Under the pieces are notes generated by a model. It did not search any database. It saw only the letters and a list, made by a program, of their open reading frames with translations, and was not told the DNA's origin. This document shows positions 37,566-49,342 of a stretch of DNA of 64,000 bases, in pieces. The stretch is from the NCBI GenBank assembly GCA_976551045.1, contig CDPCPM010000037.1:13950001-14014000 (forward strand). The letters run 5' to 3'. The stretch's first letter is position 1, and each line of letters opens with the position of its first letter. Both the position numbers and the translations under genes were made by a program. Source of the DNA: Glaucostegus cemiculus (Eukaryota).

Positions 37566-39809
37566 TATCAGTTCACAAATGGTTAATGTCCCCTTTCGAA
37601 ATGGTCTGAAGCACAAGTAGTGCTTGCCAACGTTTACTTTTTGACAAACAGCAGGTCTCTTGGCTGAAGCCAGCTTGTCTTTTTAGTAAGTCTTGAGGAT
37701 TATGTGTAGATGATGCACGTTCAAGTGGTCTCACAGAAATTAGTTGTTTTGGCCAGACTATGTATTCATTACATTCTGTTCAAGTTGACAAACCAAATTG
37801 GAGTTTTAACCATTATTAGCATATTATTGTTAAATAGGTTTTTTTGTAATTTTTTTTGAAGGGGTTAAGGCTTTTATAATGGATTTCCCTAACAAATAAC
37901 AATTTTTATAAGATTCAACTGGATTACTGGCTTTTAATATACATATGATAACACTTCAAATAAACAGCATCATTAATCAAAGAAACTGTAATGTTCCCAA
38001 ATGGGCATTTCTTGCTATCTCTGATCCTTTGTAGGGGGAAAAGAAACAGAATAGATTTGATTCTCATTGTAGGTAATTTAAAAAATCTGTATGAAATGAA
38101 AACTGAAAATTCCTTCTTTCTCACCCTGAACCTGTCATGTCTACTTTTCAACACTGTTTTGGAATGTCAGAAACAAAGGGCTAGAAAAGTTCCTTTCATC
38201 CTCCCCAGAAAGAGGGAAGGAGCAAAAATATCAAGGGTCAGTCAATCTCAAAAGTGGATGCTACTATTTATCAGTGGTATGAGGTGCCATATCCATTCCT
38301 CACACTGATTCTTGGCCCACAGTTGTAAATATTTTTCCTGAGAGACAATTTTCAGTCTGCATGTTCCCAAAGGGGAGCATAATGTCTATGAACCTTGTGC
38401 TGGGTATTAAGGCACATTTTGCACTATCTTCTGGTATCTAAATCAAGATGCCCATCAAACAATAAATACTGTACATTTTCCTGAGGTAGATTTCTTGCCA
38501 AAAGCAGCAAATTCTGACAATAGATATTGCTATTACATTAAAGTGCGGTAAGTGTGGTTACATCTCTAATCTTCAGTGTTATTTTAATTTTTGATTATGC
38601 TTACTGTTACTGTGTTCTTGATTGTATCATTTGAAAAATCCAAATTAGGTAACACTATCTATAATCAGAAGAGGTTAATTAATACTTGATGTTAACAACC
38701 TCGGTGGCAATAAAGCAGGGCTCTTCCATCACATTCCAAAAAATTAAGAATATTTCACACACAATATTTCTTCTCTTACAGGGGATTGTGAAATAACATC
38801 CATGAACTGTTTTTTTTTTGTGAATCTGAATGGTTAGAGCAGAATATGCATATATTCTTGATTCCTCTTAACAGTTCCACTCCCCTCACCTGCCCATTAA
38901 AGCAATTTGGGCTTCAAATAAATGTTCTGTCTGTACAGTAGGTTTAAACTAACTAATGATAATTAGAATAGTTCCTGCAGACAATGGTAGAACCAGTTTT
39001 TCTATGCAGGGATGCAATTATACCAATGTTACTTTCATCTGTGGATTAATGACTTCTCGTTTATTCATTTTTGGCCACCCAATGTAATTTAAAGAAAACA
39101 TATTTTGATTTACTGTATACACGATAAATTGAAATGGGGATGCTTGGGATACTCCCTTGCTAGTTATTAGATATATTACATGTCGATCGGAGTTAATAAT
39201 TTTTTTCACTATATCTGTCCAATTTGTGTTTTATAAAAAAAATAGTGAAATAATTTCAGTCATCAGCCCAATCAGTAAAATTTCAATTTTATTGATGTAC
39301 TATGTCCTGAAGATCATTTTCATTGCTTTTAAATGGTCTGCAGTTCAGGTGTGTGTAAATACGTGTACAAAGACGGGTCTCAATGTGGGTTTAAATTTTA
39401 GCATAAAAATTCCTTACAATTCATAGTCTAGAATACTGGTCAATTACTCTCAGATATATCCAGTTTGGAAAAAAAAGTACTGGGCCAGATGGTGCTCGCC
39501 TTTAGCTGGTGATGTTGTTGGAAGCCACAGGATGTATGCTACTCACTGTGACTTCTGCTCATGTGTAGTCAAACAGGGGAGTGAAATGAGCTGGAAGTGG
39601 AATGCTGGTGCACCTGACCACCGCCTCCATTACATTACTTGCCATTTGAGTCCACTATCAGTGTGTTGAAGAGCTGGACTGGATGGACTTTACATGCAGC
39701 CCATCAGCTTTGCACCAGGGATGGTTGGTATAACAGCCAGAAACCCATCCATTTGAAAGGAGTCATCGATTCTGTTTTCTTAAAAAAAAGGTTTGCGCAG
39801 ATGTGTGAG

Positions 39810-40005
39810 TGTGTGGACTGGGCTGCCGGAGATGGTGGTGGAGGTGGATACGTTAGGGTCTTTCAGGAGACTGTTGGATAGGTACATGGAGGTAAATAAG
39901 AAAGAAGGTTATGGGTAAGCCTAATAGTGTGGGGACATGTTCGGCACTGCCTTGTGGACCGAAGGGCCTGAATTGTGCTGTAGGTATCTATGTTCTATGT
40001 TCTAT
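39810..40005 (+). mobile_element. CR1 extreme 3' end
   Basis: GGACCGAAGGGCCTG...(TCTATGT)n tail. Confidence 0.8.
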
Positions 40006-41707
40006 AACTAGTTCACTTATTTAATTATTTGCTGGCATTTTGAAGTCTTTAACATGACTTAAATACTTTTTGAATAGTTTTTGATTGTCTTATTATTAGT
40101 AATCTAAAATCAGATCCAAAAGCCATCAACAATGGTGAGCAATCAAAGACTGTCAAAGCCTGCCGGGGCAGCATTTTTGGATTTAGTGCCTCAAGCCGCC
40201 TTGTTGCTGAGAGCCTATTGTGCCTTACCTTCATCTCCCAGGTACTGCAGCTGAATTTGCTCTCTGTATCCAACAATATTTAGTGCAGGCAGGCAGGTAT
40301 ATCAGGCTGAGAATTTGAGCAGCTGGCCATCTGGCCCTTTGTTTACTTAATGCTCATATTATCACTGAAGGCTTGCAATATTTGAAGGAGAAAAAGAAAA
40401 GTAATTAACCTTTTATTTATAGCATTGCCTGTAATATTATACTCTGTAGGCCAGCCAGCACACATGAAAAGAGAAAGTTAATAGATTTGGTTGGTGATCT
40501 TTCATCAGAACAGGATAAAGTTAGCAATAAACAATCTTTGATGTACGGTATGAATGGAAGAGAAGAGTTGAATAAGGAAGATCAAAAATAGGTAGGAAGG
40601 CAGATGGAGTGTTAAGAAAGGGTGATAGTAGTCATAACGGGTCAGTTAAAGAAGCAAGAGACCAGTCTGGTGAAGGTGTCACTGAGAAGCAAAAAAATAA
40701 CCAGAAATTACCAAAGGATAGTACCAGGAAATATGAATTATTCCCTGCAGATGCTACCTAGCCTGCAGAGTATTTGTGACATTTTCTATTTAATTTCAGT
40801 ATCTATGTTATTTTAGTTTTGTATGTTTCATTTTACTAAATATCCACTACATTGATTTTTACAACTATCTTCAAGGTATCATGTCTACCCAACTACTTCC
40901 TTCTGATGTGTGAACTCCAAAACCTGCCAGACTTAGTCTGACATTGTAAAATTTGAGTCTGAACTCAAATAGACAATGTAAATCCAATAATCAGTTGTAC
41001 AGTGGGTTTGTAGTTCACATGCCAGTCATCCCTGGTGCATAACTGAGGGGCTGTGTGCATAGTACATCCAGCCCACAGTAGGCTCATGGCAGCAAGTTAT
41101 TTAAAGAAAAAGTAACAATAAAACTATGTGAAAGAAAATAAGGCAAACTTCTATTCATGAAAGAAGACAAAGAATAATTAAGACTATTATGACCTCTAAG
41201 TTGACATTTTATAACTGTTAAAAAGACTTTTCCCACTGGCTTGACATGGATAAATTTTGTAAATGTTACTATGTATATAAAGTGTTATTAAAAATTGGGT
41301 TGGTTTAGTTAAGTCCAGTAACTTCTTAGTAAAGACCTATTGGTAGTTAGCTACAAAGGTTAATTTCAGCTTGGGTGTCACACAACATTTTTATTAAGAA
41401 AACAGATTTTCAGTGTAATCTCCCTATGGACTGTATATTGTTTGTTTCCTCATGCATTTCTTCACATGGTAAGTTTCTAATTTTTGCCTCAAATAGTCAG
41501 AGAAGGAAAAATTACAGTTATGCCTTTTCCAGAATAGAGAAAATAAAAGCAAGTGTTCCTCCTGTGGCAAAGTCCACTGGAGTTATGGAGACTGCAACAT
41601 CTGCATCTTGGGACTAATACTCTGTACTTTATTAATGTCAGTGGATTTAGTATGCAGTTCGTGCTTTTAAGTCTTAATTTATAAGGACCTTTAACTTTTC
41701 CCTTCAG

Positions 41708-41826
41708 GTCTTCACATGCTAAAACAAAGGCTGAAGCAGCAGATCAGGCTTCCCATGCTGCAAGCAATGAATCCAGTATTGCAAGGGCAATCGCCAGGGA
41801 GCTATCTCCAACTTTTTACCAACCAG
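41708..41826 (+). CDS. JPH2: Junctophilin-2 internal coding exon (alpha-helical region; equivalent of mammalian exon 3)
   Basis: Acceptor ttttcccttcag|G and donor CAG|gtacat; 119 nt. Encodes (R)[39 protein letters not shown](G), matching the junctophilin helix motif SHAKAKAEAA...IAR..ARELxPxFYQPG. The phase-1 end joins the next exon in frame. Confidence 0.96.
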
Positions 41827-43329
41827 GTACATTTTATAATTTAAAATTATATGGAAATTTTGAATTAACAGCAAATAGATTCTTCCATAGAATGGGGAAC
41901 AGTTAAGTTAACACTGAGTAACTTTGCTCTAGGTTGATGGACTGAATGCCCTATTTTCAGATTGGGGCATCTTAAATTCCTTTGCAAAGATTGTGCAGTA
42001 TATATACATTTGTTGATTTAACAAGCCCCTTTCTCCAAGTGAAGTACCAATTACATTAAATTACAAGAGGAATTCTAGGTCTGTGTCAAATCCAGTTTAA
42101 AAGATCTGCTTGAAAATATAATTAATCTGCCTCTACACAATATCTTACTGAGTTTTCTTAGAATTATGTACTTAGAATGATTGTGTGTGTGGGTGGGTGT
42201 GGAAATGGTGGTGCTGCTGAGAGGATCAAGGGAGGGAGAGGAGCAAACTGAGAGATTTTCTCAGGGAAATCAGGAAGTATGGGTTTCCAGATAAAAGTTA
42301 TATTTTGTGTTTCTGTTATTTTCTGTACAATAGCCTGTCGTGTAATTAGGATGGTATTTCTAATGTGAGAAAGAATCTGTTCAATGCATTTGACTCTGGG
42401 AATAGGGGAAAGGTGGAATGTTGGCTGAAAGTGAGGGTCTGATTTCATGCAGGTAAGCTTATTGGGTTTTGAAGAGAATATATCACATACTGGCTCATAA
42501 GTAGCTCAATAAAGGCATTTACCTCATGGATCCAGAACCTCCTGGCTGTTTTAAATGCTGAAATTCCTAAGGCCCAATATTAATATGGAGGTATGAAGCC
42601 TTTTTTATGAAAGATTTCTGTGACCAATCCTCATCTTGAGAAAATATTACTTGCTCTTACACCAACTCTCCTCCATAGCCCCAAATCATCATTCTCACCT
42701 TTAGCCAATAAAACCAAAAGCAGACAGACGTTTTAAGTTTTCAGTTTTTGACCATACACATCCTTAAACATAGGGCTGGATTGCACTCAGTGTGACGTGT
42801 GTCACACGTTGAGTCTCCACGTGATCTCTGCAGCTGCACAACCCTACTGCAACCTCAAGTCCAGTTCACTTGGAGGACCTGCTGCTGTGCCTACCTATGA
42901 AGTGAAGCAGTCCACTAACAGCAATTAGGTCCCAGGTGATGGATCCTGAAACTCCAGCCAGAGCTCCCATTATGGCCTTCTGACAGCAAAGGCCTTTTCA
43001 GATCTTTCTAAATGTCTTTATAATTCAAAACATTTAAAAACAATTGAAATAGATCTAAGTAATTACAAATGAAAATTTAAAAAAATTAAACACCTAATTT
43101 AATTTCTTTTTAGTTAAAAGTAGTACCTTTTTATTTATCTCTTCCATTTAGGCCTGCAACCATATTCCAAATAAGTAGGGTTGTGTTAGATTCAGCACAC
43201 ACAGTACGATACAAAAGTCAGGAAAGTGCTGCACCCTTCCACACATCTGTTGATCCAGAGGTTTAAAAAAGAGTGTAGGGAAAATCTACAGAACAGGCAG
43301 TTTAACCTCCATGGTGAGATGAGCTTTGG

Positions 43330-43900
43330 AGAACAGAATTAGCAGTCACTTAAATAAGTCTGGATTGAATAGGGAAAGGTAACGAGACAAGACATATCTA
43401 ATTTAGTGGAATTATGGTGAAGTTTCAGAGAGGATGATAGTGGAACTGTGGTTGATGTGATATATATGGGCTTCCAAAAGATATTTGACAAAGTGCCATG
43501 TATTATTAGGCTTGTCATCAAGATTGAAGGCCATAAAATAAATGTAACACTAACAGCATGGTTAGAAAATTTTAAAAAAAGTAACAAAAAACAAAGTGGT
43601 AACCTGTTAGTCATTGACAGTCCCTTTAAAGAGCACTATTAAGACTCCTCATTGTTGGATACCTGTTGAGTCATGCAAGTGCACAAATATCACAGAGTGG
43701 TTAATAGGGAAGGTGGCCATTCGTCCTGTTGAGTATGTACCAATTCATACAAGAGCTATCCAACTAGTTCTACTGCCCTGCCCTCTCTCCATAGGCCTGC
43801 AACTTCTTTCCTTTTGGGCACTTGGTCCAATTCCCTTTTGAATCCAAAAATTTGGCTCTGCTGCACTGTTACTCTTAGCAATGTGTTCTAGATCATAACT
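43330..43900. mobile_element. CR1 RT fragment (+) followed by a CR1 3' fragment (-)
   Basis: VDVIYMGFQKIFDKVP (ORF 43448); GGCCATTCGTCCTGTTGAG inverted tail at ~43715. Confidence 0.7.
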
Positions 43901-43979
43901 ATTTATTGCAAAACAAGGGTTAGTTACTGGTTTATTTACTTCTAGTTGCTTCTACAATTTTAGATTGTTTATACAGGAT

Positions 43980-44170
43980 AATTCTGCAGGTGCTGAAATA
44001 TTTCCTTTCTGATGACTTCTAGCCTTCATGAGGGAGGTCATCACTGAAGTCATTTCAGGTTGAAGACTCTTCATCAGAACTGGTGAAGGGTCTTTAATCT
44101 GAAGCTCTAATTCTTTACTCCTTTCCAATAATGCTGCCAGTTGCTGGGTGTTTCCAGCATTTTCTGTTTC
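43980..44170. mobile_element. Short palindromic Penelope-derived non-autonomous element
   Basis: Two inverted copies of the Penelope tail motif centred on 44078-44079 (compare TGATGAAGGGTCT at 18660 and CCAGCATTTT at 18734). Confidence 0.7.
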
Positions 44171-44979
44171 TGCTCAGCCTGCATCTATTGAGAGCCATAC
44201 TGCTGCAATAGAGAAGTCTTATTGGTTTGCTGAAGCAATGATTCTGATATCTGTCTACCTTGAAGGCACCCCACTGTGTTCAGCTGAGTGTGTCTCAAGA
44301 TTCGCCATCATATATGGCATGCTACAGAGCCTTGTTATGAGAGAAACAGACCCATTACCATCATCACCACAGGTGAGGTAAGGAAGGAAGCCTGAATCCT
44401 AGGTTCCCCTTTATTGTTCTGACTGTATGTGAAGAATTTATTCAAGTGCCATGCCTTGTTTAATAAATAATCAATAAACACAAATATAAATACTCCAATC
44501 CATTTTGATACATTGAATGATTGGAAGGTGTACAGTAATTAAAATAGACAGTAAATGATGGTCTTTAGCCGACTTGTTCCACTTTCAGCAAATCAGCAGC
44601 TGCTGTAATGAGGTAAATTTGTTTAATCCAATTTGGATAATTTTCACATTGACCGCATGATTTATTTATGACTGGCAAACATGTGAATCCTGGGCAGACA
44701 GCCACTTGAAATGGAGCTGCCTTTGCACTCTGTGCCAGTTTTGGGTTCCACATCAGTTGATAGGGAACCCTGACCAGACTAAGGATTGTGATTAAAGTTT
44801 CTTTGCTTAGCCAATAAAAACAATCACATGCGTTCAAGTCTTATTCAAGAGAATTATTTATATCACGTGCTTTCTGCCTGCCAATCATAAGGCATGTGAT
44901 TATATAAAAACTGTTGCACTTTTTTTGTTAATATGGGCATAAAATTCTTTAGTGCTTTCACATGTTGAAGTGGTATACT

Positions 44980-45530
44980 GTGGAATGCTGCACCCCTTTG
45001 GTGCATGGCAATGAGGATGCCATATTCTTCTACCTATGATATCATGCAGTAGAACTGGCCTTGGCTCCTCACGAGTGGTGAGGAGCAGGTGGAGCATGCC
45101 TCCCTCCACTGGCAGGGGAGCACTTTGACTGGAGGCAGCTTTGGCCTAGACACTGAAAAGATCTCGGTGAAAAGTCAGGCAACTTCTGCAGAGCAGCAGA
45201 GCTGATGCTTACCATTGAGAGCTGTGCGGCATCCTGGAGGCGAGAATGCTCTACGTACAGATATCTCTGCGGGATCCGAAGGCAGAGAGCAACCTCCTGG
45301 GTACAGATGCACATCAGCAACTGAACATCTTAATCGGGTGACTCAGAACCATGGCAGAGACCCAGTGCTTCCTCTTGCCCCAGAAGAACCTTGGTGGCAA
45401 AAGCAGAGGGCGAAATCGTAGTGAACGACCAGTAGCATAGCATGGAGGTCACTGACTGGTTGATAACCAGTGCTTGGCTCCTGCAGGATAGCGCTCTCAG
45501 CAGTCCTATATGCTTGACGTATACAAACAT
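44980..45530 (-). mobile_element. Possible second, highly decayed Harbinger transposase fragment
   Basis: GC-rich block; weak minus-strand similarity HQGSS (cf. YPGSSHD) and RSFQCLGQS (cf. QRFRCLDRS). Confidence 0.3.
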
Positions 45531-46238
45531 TCAAGCACCAAAAAAAATCATTTAAGTAATTTTTTTTTTAAATGGTGGCTAAATATAATCTTGGATATTT
45601 CAATTAATTAATATCAAATATAAACCTCTGTTTGCCTTTTTTCAGATGGCTGATTTCTCCCATTCATTTGCTTTGGCACCACACTACATACACCAGCTTT
45701 AACTTGGCTCAGGCTCAGTGGGCTGCTCTGCCAGCCAGAGAACTGAGAAGTCAGGAAGTTTACAATGACCCACTGGACACCATGAAGATCCACTAATGCA
45801 ACATAAGGGCAGTGAAAAGTGCCAACACCAATTTAAGCCCACATCAGTACTGGATATTAGAAAACTGGCTAAATCCCAGCACTTGCACTAGTATTAGGGA
45901 TAAAACCCCTGCTCAGTGTTCTAAGTTAATGACCTTATGAATGTCATTGACCTGAAATATTAAACTATTCTCTTTCCATGGATGCTGCTTGACTATCATA
46001 GTTGCTTTGATCACTCTTTAATGAAATTCCTGATCATGTTTAAACTTGTGCATTTTGAATGTGTTTGGAATTATAAAGAGTGATGTTAGTTTGTGTTTTA
46101 TCTTGGAGTTACCAATCATACCCCACCTGAAAATCAATTAGGAAATTGAATTAACATTTTATTATGGTCATGCTTTATAATAAATAAGTGTGGCATTGAA
46201 ATGAGAAACTTGAGTAGTAACACCTTTTCTCATTCTCC

Positions 46239-46259
46239 CAGCTGTGATGCCTTATTTGG
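46239..46259. promoter_or_regulatory. E-box plus consensus CArG box pair in the JPH2 intron
   Basis: CAGCTG (46239-46244), a 5-nt gap, then CCTTATTTGG (46250-46259), in non-repeat sequence. Confidence 0.4.
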
Positions 46260-46907
46260 GCATTATACTCAAGGGCCTTGTTGAAAGCGTGTGCTAACAC
46301 AGAAGTCCCAAACTTCCTAAGAGGACCATGCAGTTTTCATTATCAAATTGCTCTGATGTTGGACTCCTCATGAGCCCAGCTCTGGAATGCCAACTTCAGC
46401 AGTCACTCTGCAAAATCTGTCTGCTGAACCCATGCCACGTTAGACTTGGCACAGTTTCTACAACTCTATTCAATTTAATGGAGAAGGTGGTCTACAAAAG
46501 AGATAACAAAGTTATTGACACTGTTTTAATTTAATTGTATTAAATGTAAATCTTTTTAATGTTTTACTTAATGTTTTTAAAACAATGTTCATCATTGTTT
46601 TGTTTGTTTAATTTGCTAGTAATTTAATATAAAAAGATTTACAAACATTCAAACATTTTTACAACTTTGGCAGCTAGTTCAACCTGGGGTTCGCAATTAA
46701 ATTCAGCCATGCGTGGAAGGTAACCCTCACTTTCCAAAACAAAATCGTCCAACATTTGTTGAAGGGTGGAATAGTGGATGAGTGGTTGATGACTGGAGGA
46801 TAAAGGCATCATATCTGTTAGTTTGCCAAGCTGAGTTTGATCTACATGGTTTGGTGATCATCAGTATATTTGATATTAATAGAGTGAACAGCTCCCTTAT
46901 TAGTGCC

Positions 46908-47969
46908 TAGGTCCTATAGGGAAGAGTGATAATTAAATATTACATTTGTTCTAGAAATGACCTTTTTAAGACTGAAATTAAAGCCTTAGACAACTTTTTG
47001 CTTACATTATGCAATTGGCTTAATTTAAATCTAAGATAAGTGGGGTAAAATACATAAATGTAGGTGAGGAGAAATGAAGAAATACTTGATTTTTAAAAGA
47101 TAACCAAAAATTAAAGTAGTCAAAGAAAATTGAATTTGAAAATAAGTCAGAAAGAAAAGTAAACAAATTGTTTTAAAAAAAAACCACTGGAGGCAGAAGA
47201 AATTATAATGATGAAACAAGGAAGCTTCTGTGAGAGTGAAGAACTTCAAATTAGTTGCTGTTAGGAAAGGGCAGCTTCTGGCAAAAATCTCAGCAAATCC
47301 CCTAAATCCGATGTCTAGAAACTAGAGTTCTAAGTACAGTGTAGAGATGGTACTATATATACAATAGCAGTGATCTTTCAGGATTTCACAAATGATCTCA
47401 ACAAATTGGAAGTAGCTAGTAGCAACACTGCTTTTCAAGAAAAGAGGGTTAAGGACCAATTAATCTGACAGCATTTGATGGTGGGGGGAGGGGGCATTAT
47501 TAAGAAAGTGGTATTAGGGAACTTGGAAAATCATGACATAATTATGAGGATTCAGCTTAATTTTATGAAATGGAAATCATGTTTGACAAATCTAATGAAT
47601 TTTGTGAGGCGTAACCAAAAAAGTGAGGAATAACCAGTGGAAGTGGTATAGCTGGAGGTGACTCCAATGGGCACCCTTGGGACAACATAGCCTTTCAGTG
47701 CTCTATGGACAGGTAAACAAACTAATTAATTCTTCATGGCCATGCTACCTGACCTGCATCAACACTCATTCCAGGCCCCAAATTCAGTCCGAACTCTGGA
47801 ATAAATTGGCTCCAACTCTTTGATCTGCTACCCCTCTCATTGATCCCCACCATTCAAACTGCCTGTCCCAATTTTAACCCACCCATACACCAATCAATCA
47901 CTTATCATAATCGGTTCCTCATTGGTGGTTAGGTCTTACAGGGAAGAGTGATAATTAAATATTACATTT
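46908..47969. repeat. 40-bp direct repeats (46908-46947 and 47930-47969) bracketing an internal CR1 fragment (~47050-47660, +)
   Basis: TAGGTC(C/T)TA(T/C)AGGGAAGAGTGATAATTAAATATTACATTT, 38/40 identical. Inside are TLLFKKRG, MKWKSCLTNL and PVEVV*L CR1 remnants. Confidence 0.85.
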
Positions 47970-49342
47970 TCTAATTTTAAACTACCGCCTGCTGGAATCA
48001 TTGAAGGAATTTGACAATATGATTGACAGTTTTTAAGTTCGTGCCACAGAGATTGGAAGTCGGTATAGCTTAGTGACCACAGGAGTAATAGTGTGTGAAT
48101 AGATAGCAGGAATTTGCATGAGCTTGTGGAATAGAATGGGTGCAGGGTGGAAGGCCAGCCAGCAGAGCATTGAAGTTGTTTGTTCCTGCAATGTAGCCAG
48201 TATTGCCAGGTATTATTTATCATCCATTTCTGGCTATTGTTGGGCCTCTCCATGGCACACATTGGGAGTACACAGAGGTCCTGCATAACCAGCAGTAGAA
48301 ACTAACCATCTCATAAGTTGCCCATCCACTAAGGTTGAAGGGTTCAACAACAGTTGATCTGGGGCAGAACAGAGTGGGTGATGGCTTGACTAGGTGCATT
48401 CCCAGCTGCTTTAGTGTCTCTCTGTAAATAGAGTTCCATATCCCTACTAGTCAACTGCTATGCACCCTTGACATTCTTCCTTAGTTGTGTTGGGGTAAAC
48501 TGAACAAAAGCCCTAGTAGTGGCTGTTAGAACTTTAGTATAACAACCCTGTCATATAAACCAGAGGACCTTGTATCCTTTTTGAACAGCCTTCTCATGAT
48601 ACTATTGAAGCAAGTTTCACCATTATATTGGACCATTGTTCTATCAGGCTATTTTTCCTTGATGTCTTCAACCTGCACTTTTTAAATACAGAATACTAAG
48701 ACATGTAACCCAAATAAAATGTTAGTGTTGGGTGTGGGTTATGTACCCAAATCTGACATTCAATGATTATGAATCCACAGCAAGAGGTGAGATTAAATAA
48801 AATAAATTGTGTTATTCATGACCACATAAGAAAGATGCCCATTGAATTTTTCATGGAAAATATTTAATAATATCCTTCCCAAGAGCAACACACTTCACCC
48901 ATGATGACACCAGAATGTTCAAGGATGGATGATAAATAAAACCTGGCATATTGGTCATATTGCAAGAATAATGGGGGATGTAATTTTCTGTATGTATGCA
49001 TGTGACAGTTAATCTTGTACTTAAATTCTCCAGACAGATTGCCAGTGAATGTTGGTCTAAGGAAAAATAATAATAGTTTTACCGATATGTGCTGGTGGTG
49101 GGTAAAATTCAAGTGATGCTGCTCATTGTCAACCTAACATTTGGGATTACTTGACCACTCACTGCAATACAGTTCCATTTTCATAGAGATTGATCTTTGA
49201 TTATTTTCTGTTATGGGTGACCTTGAGCTGCTTCCATGAAAAGGATATTACAATGATCATATTTACACTGAAGTAATTTTGTAGAACAATCTACACATGC
49301 TGAAATTATTCTGAATGGCTCACAATAATTTGTATTTTTCAG

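Larger units (their letters stand above)
1..41707 (+). other. JPH2: Large JPH2 intron (upstream MORN-repeat exons not in window)
   Basis: No MORN-repeat (YxGxW) coding sequence seen upstream of the first exon; the region is dominated by decayed repeats. Confidence 0.8.
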
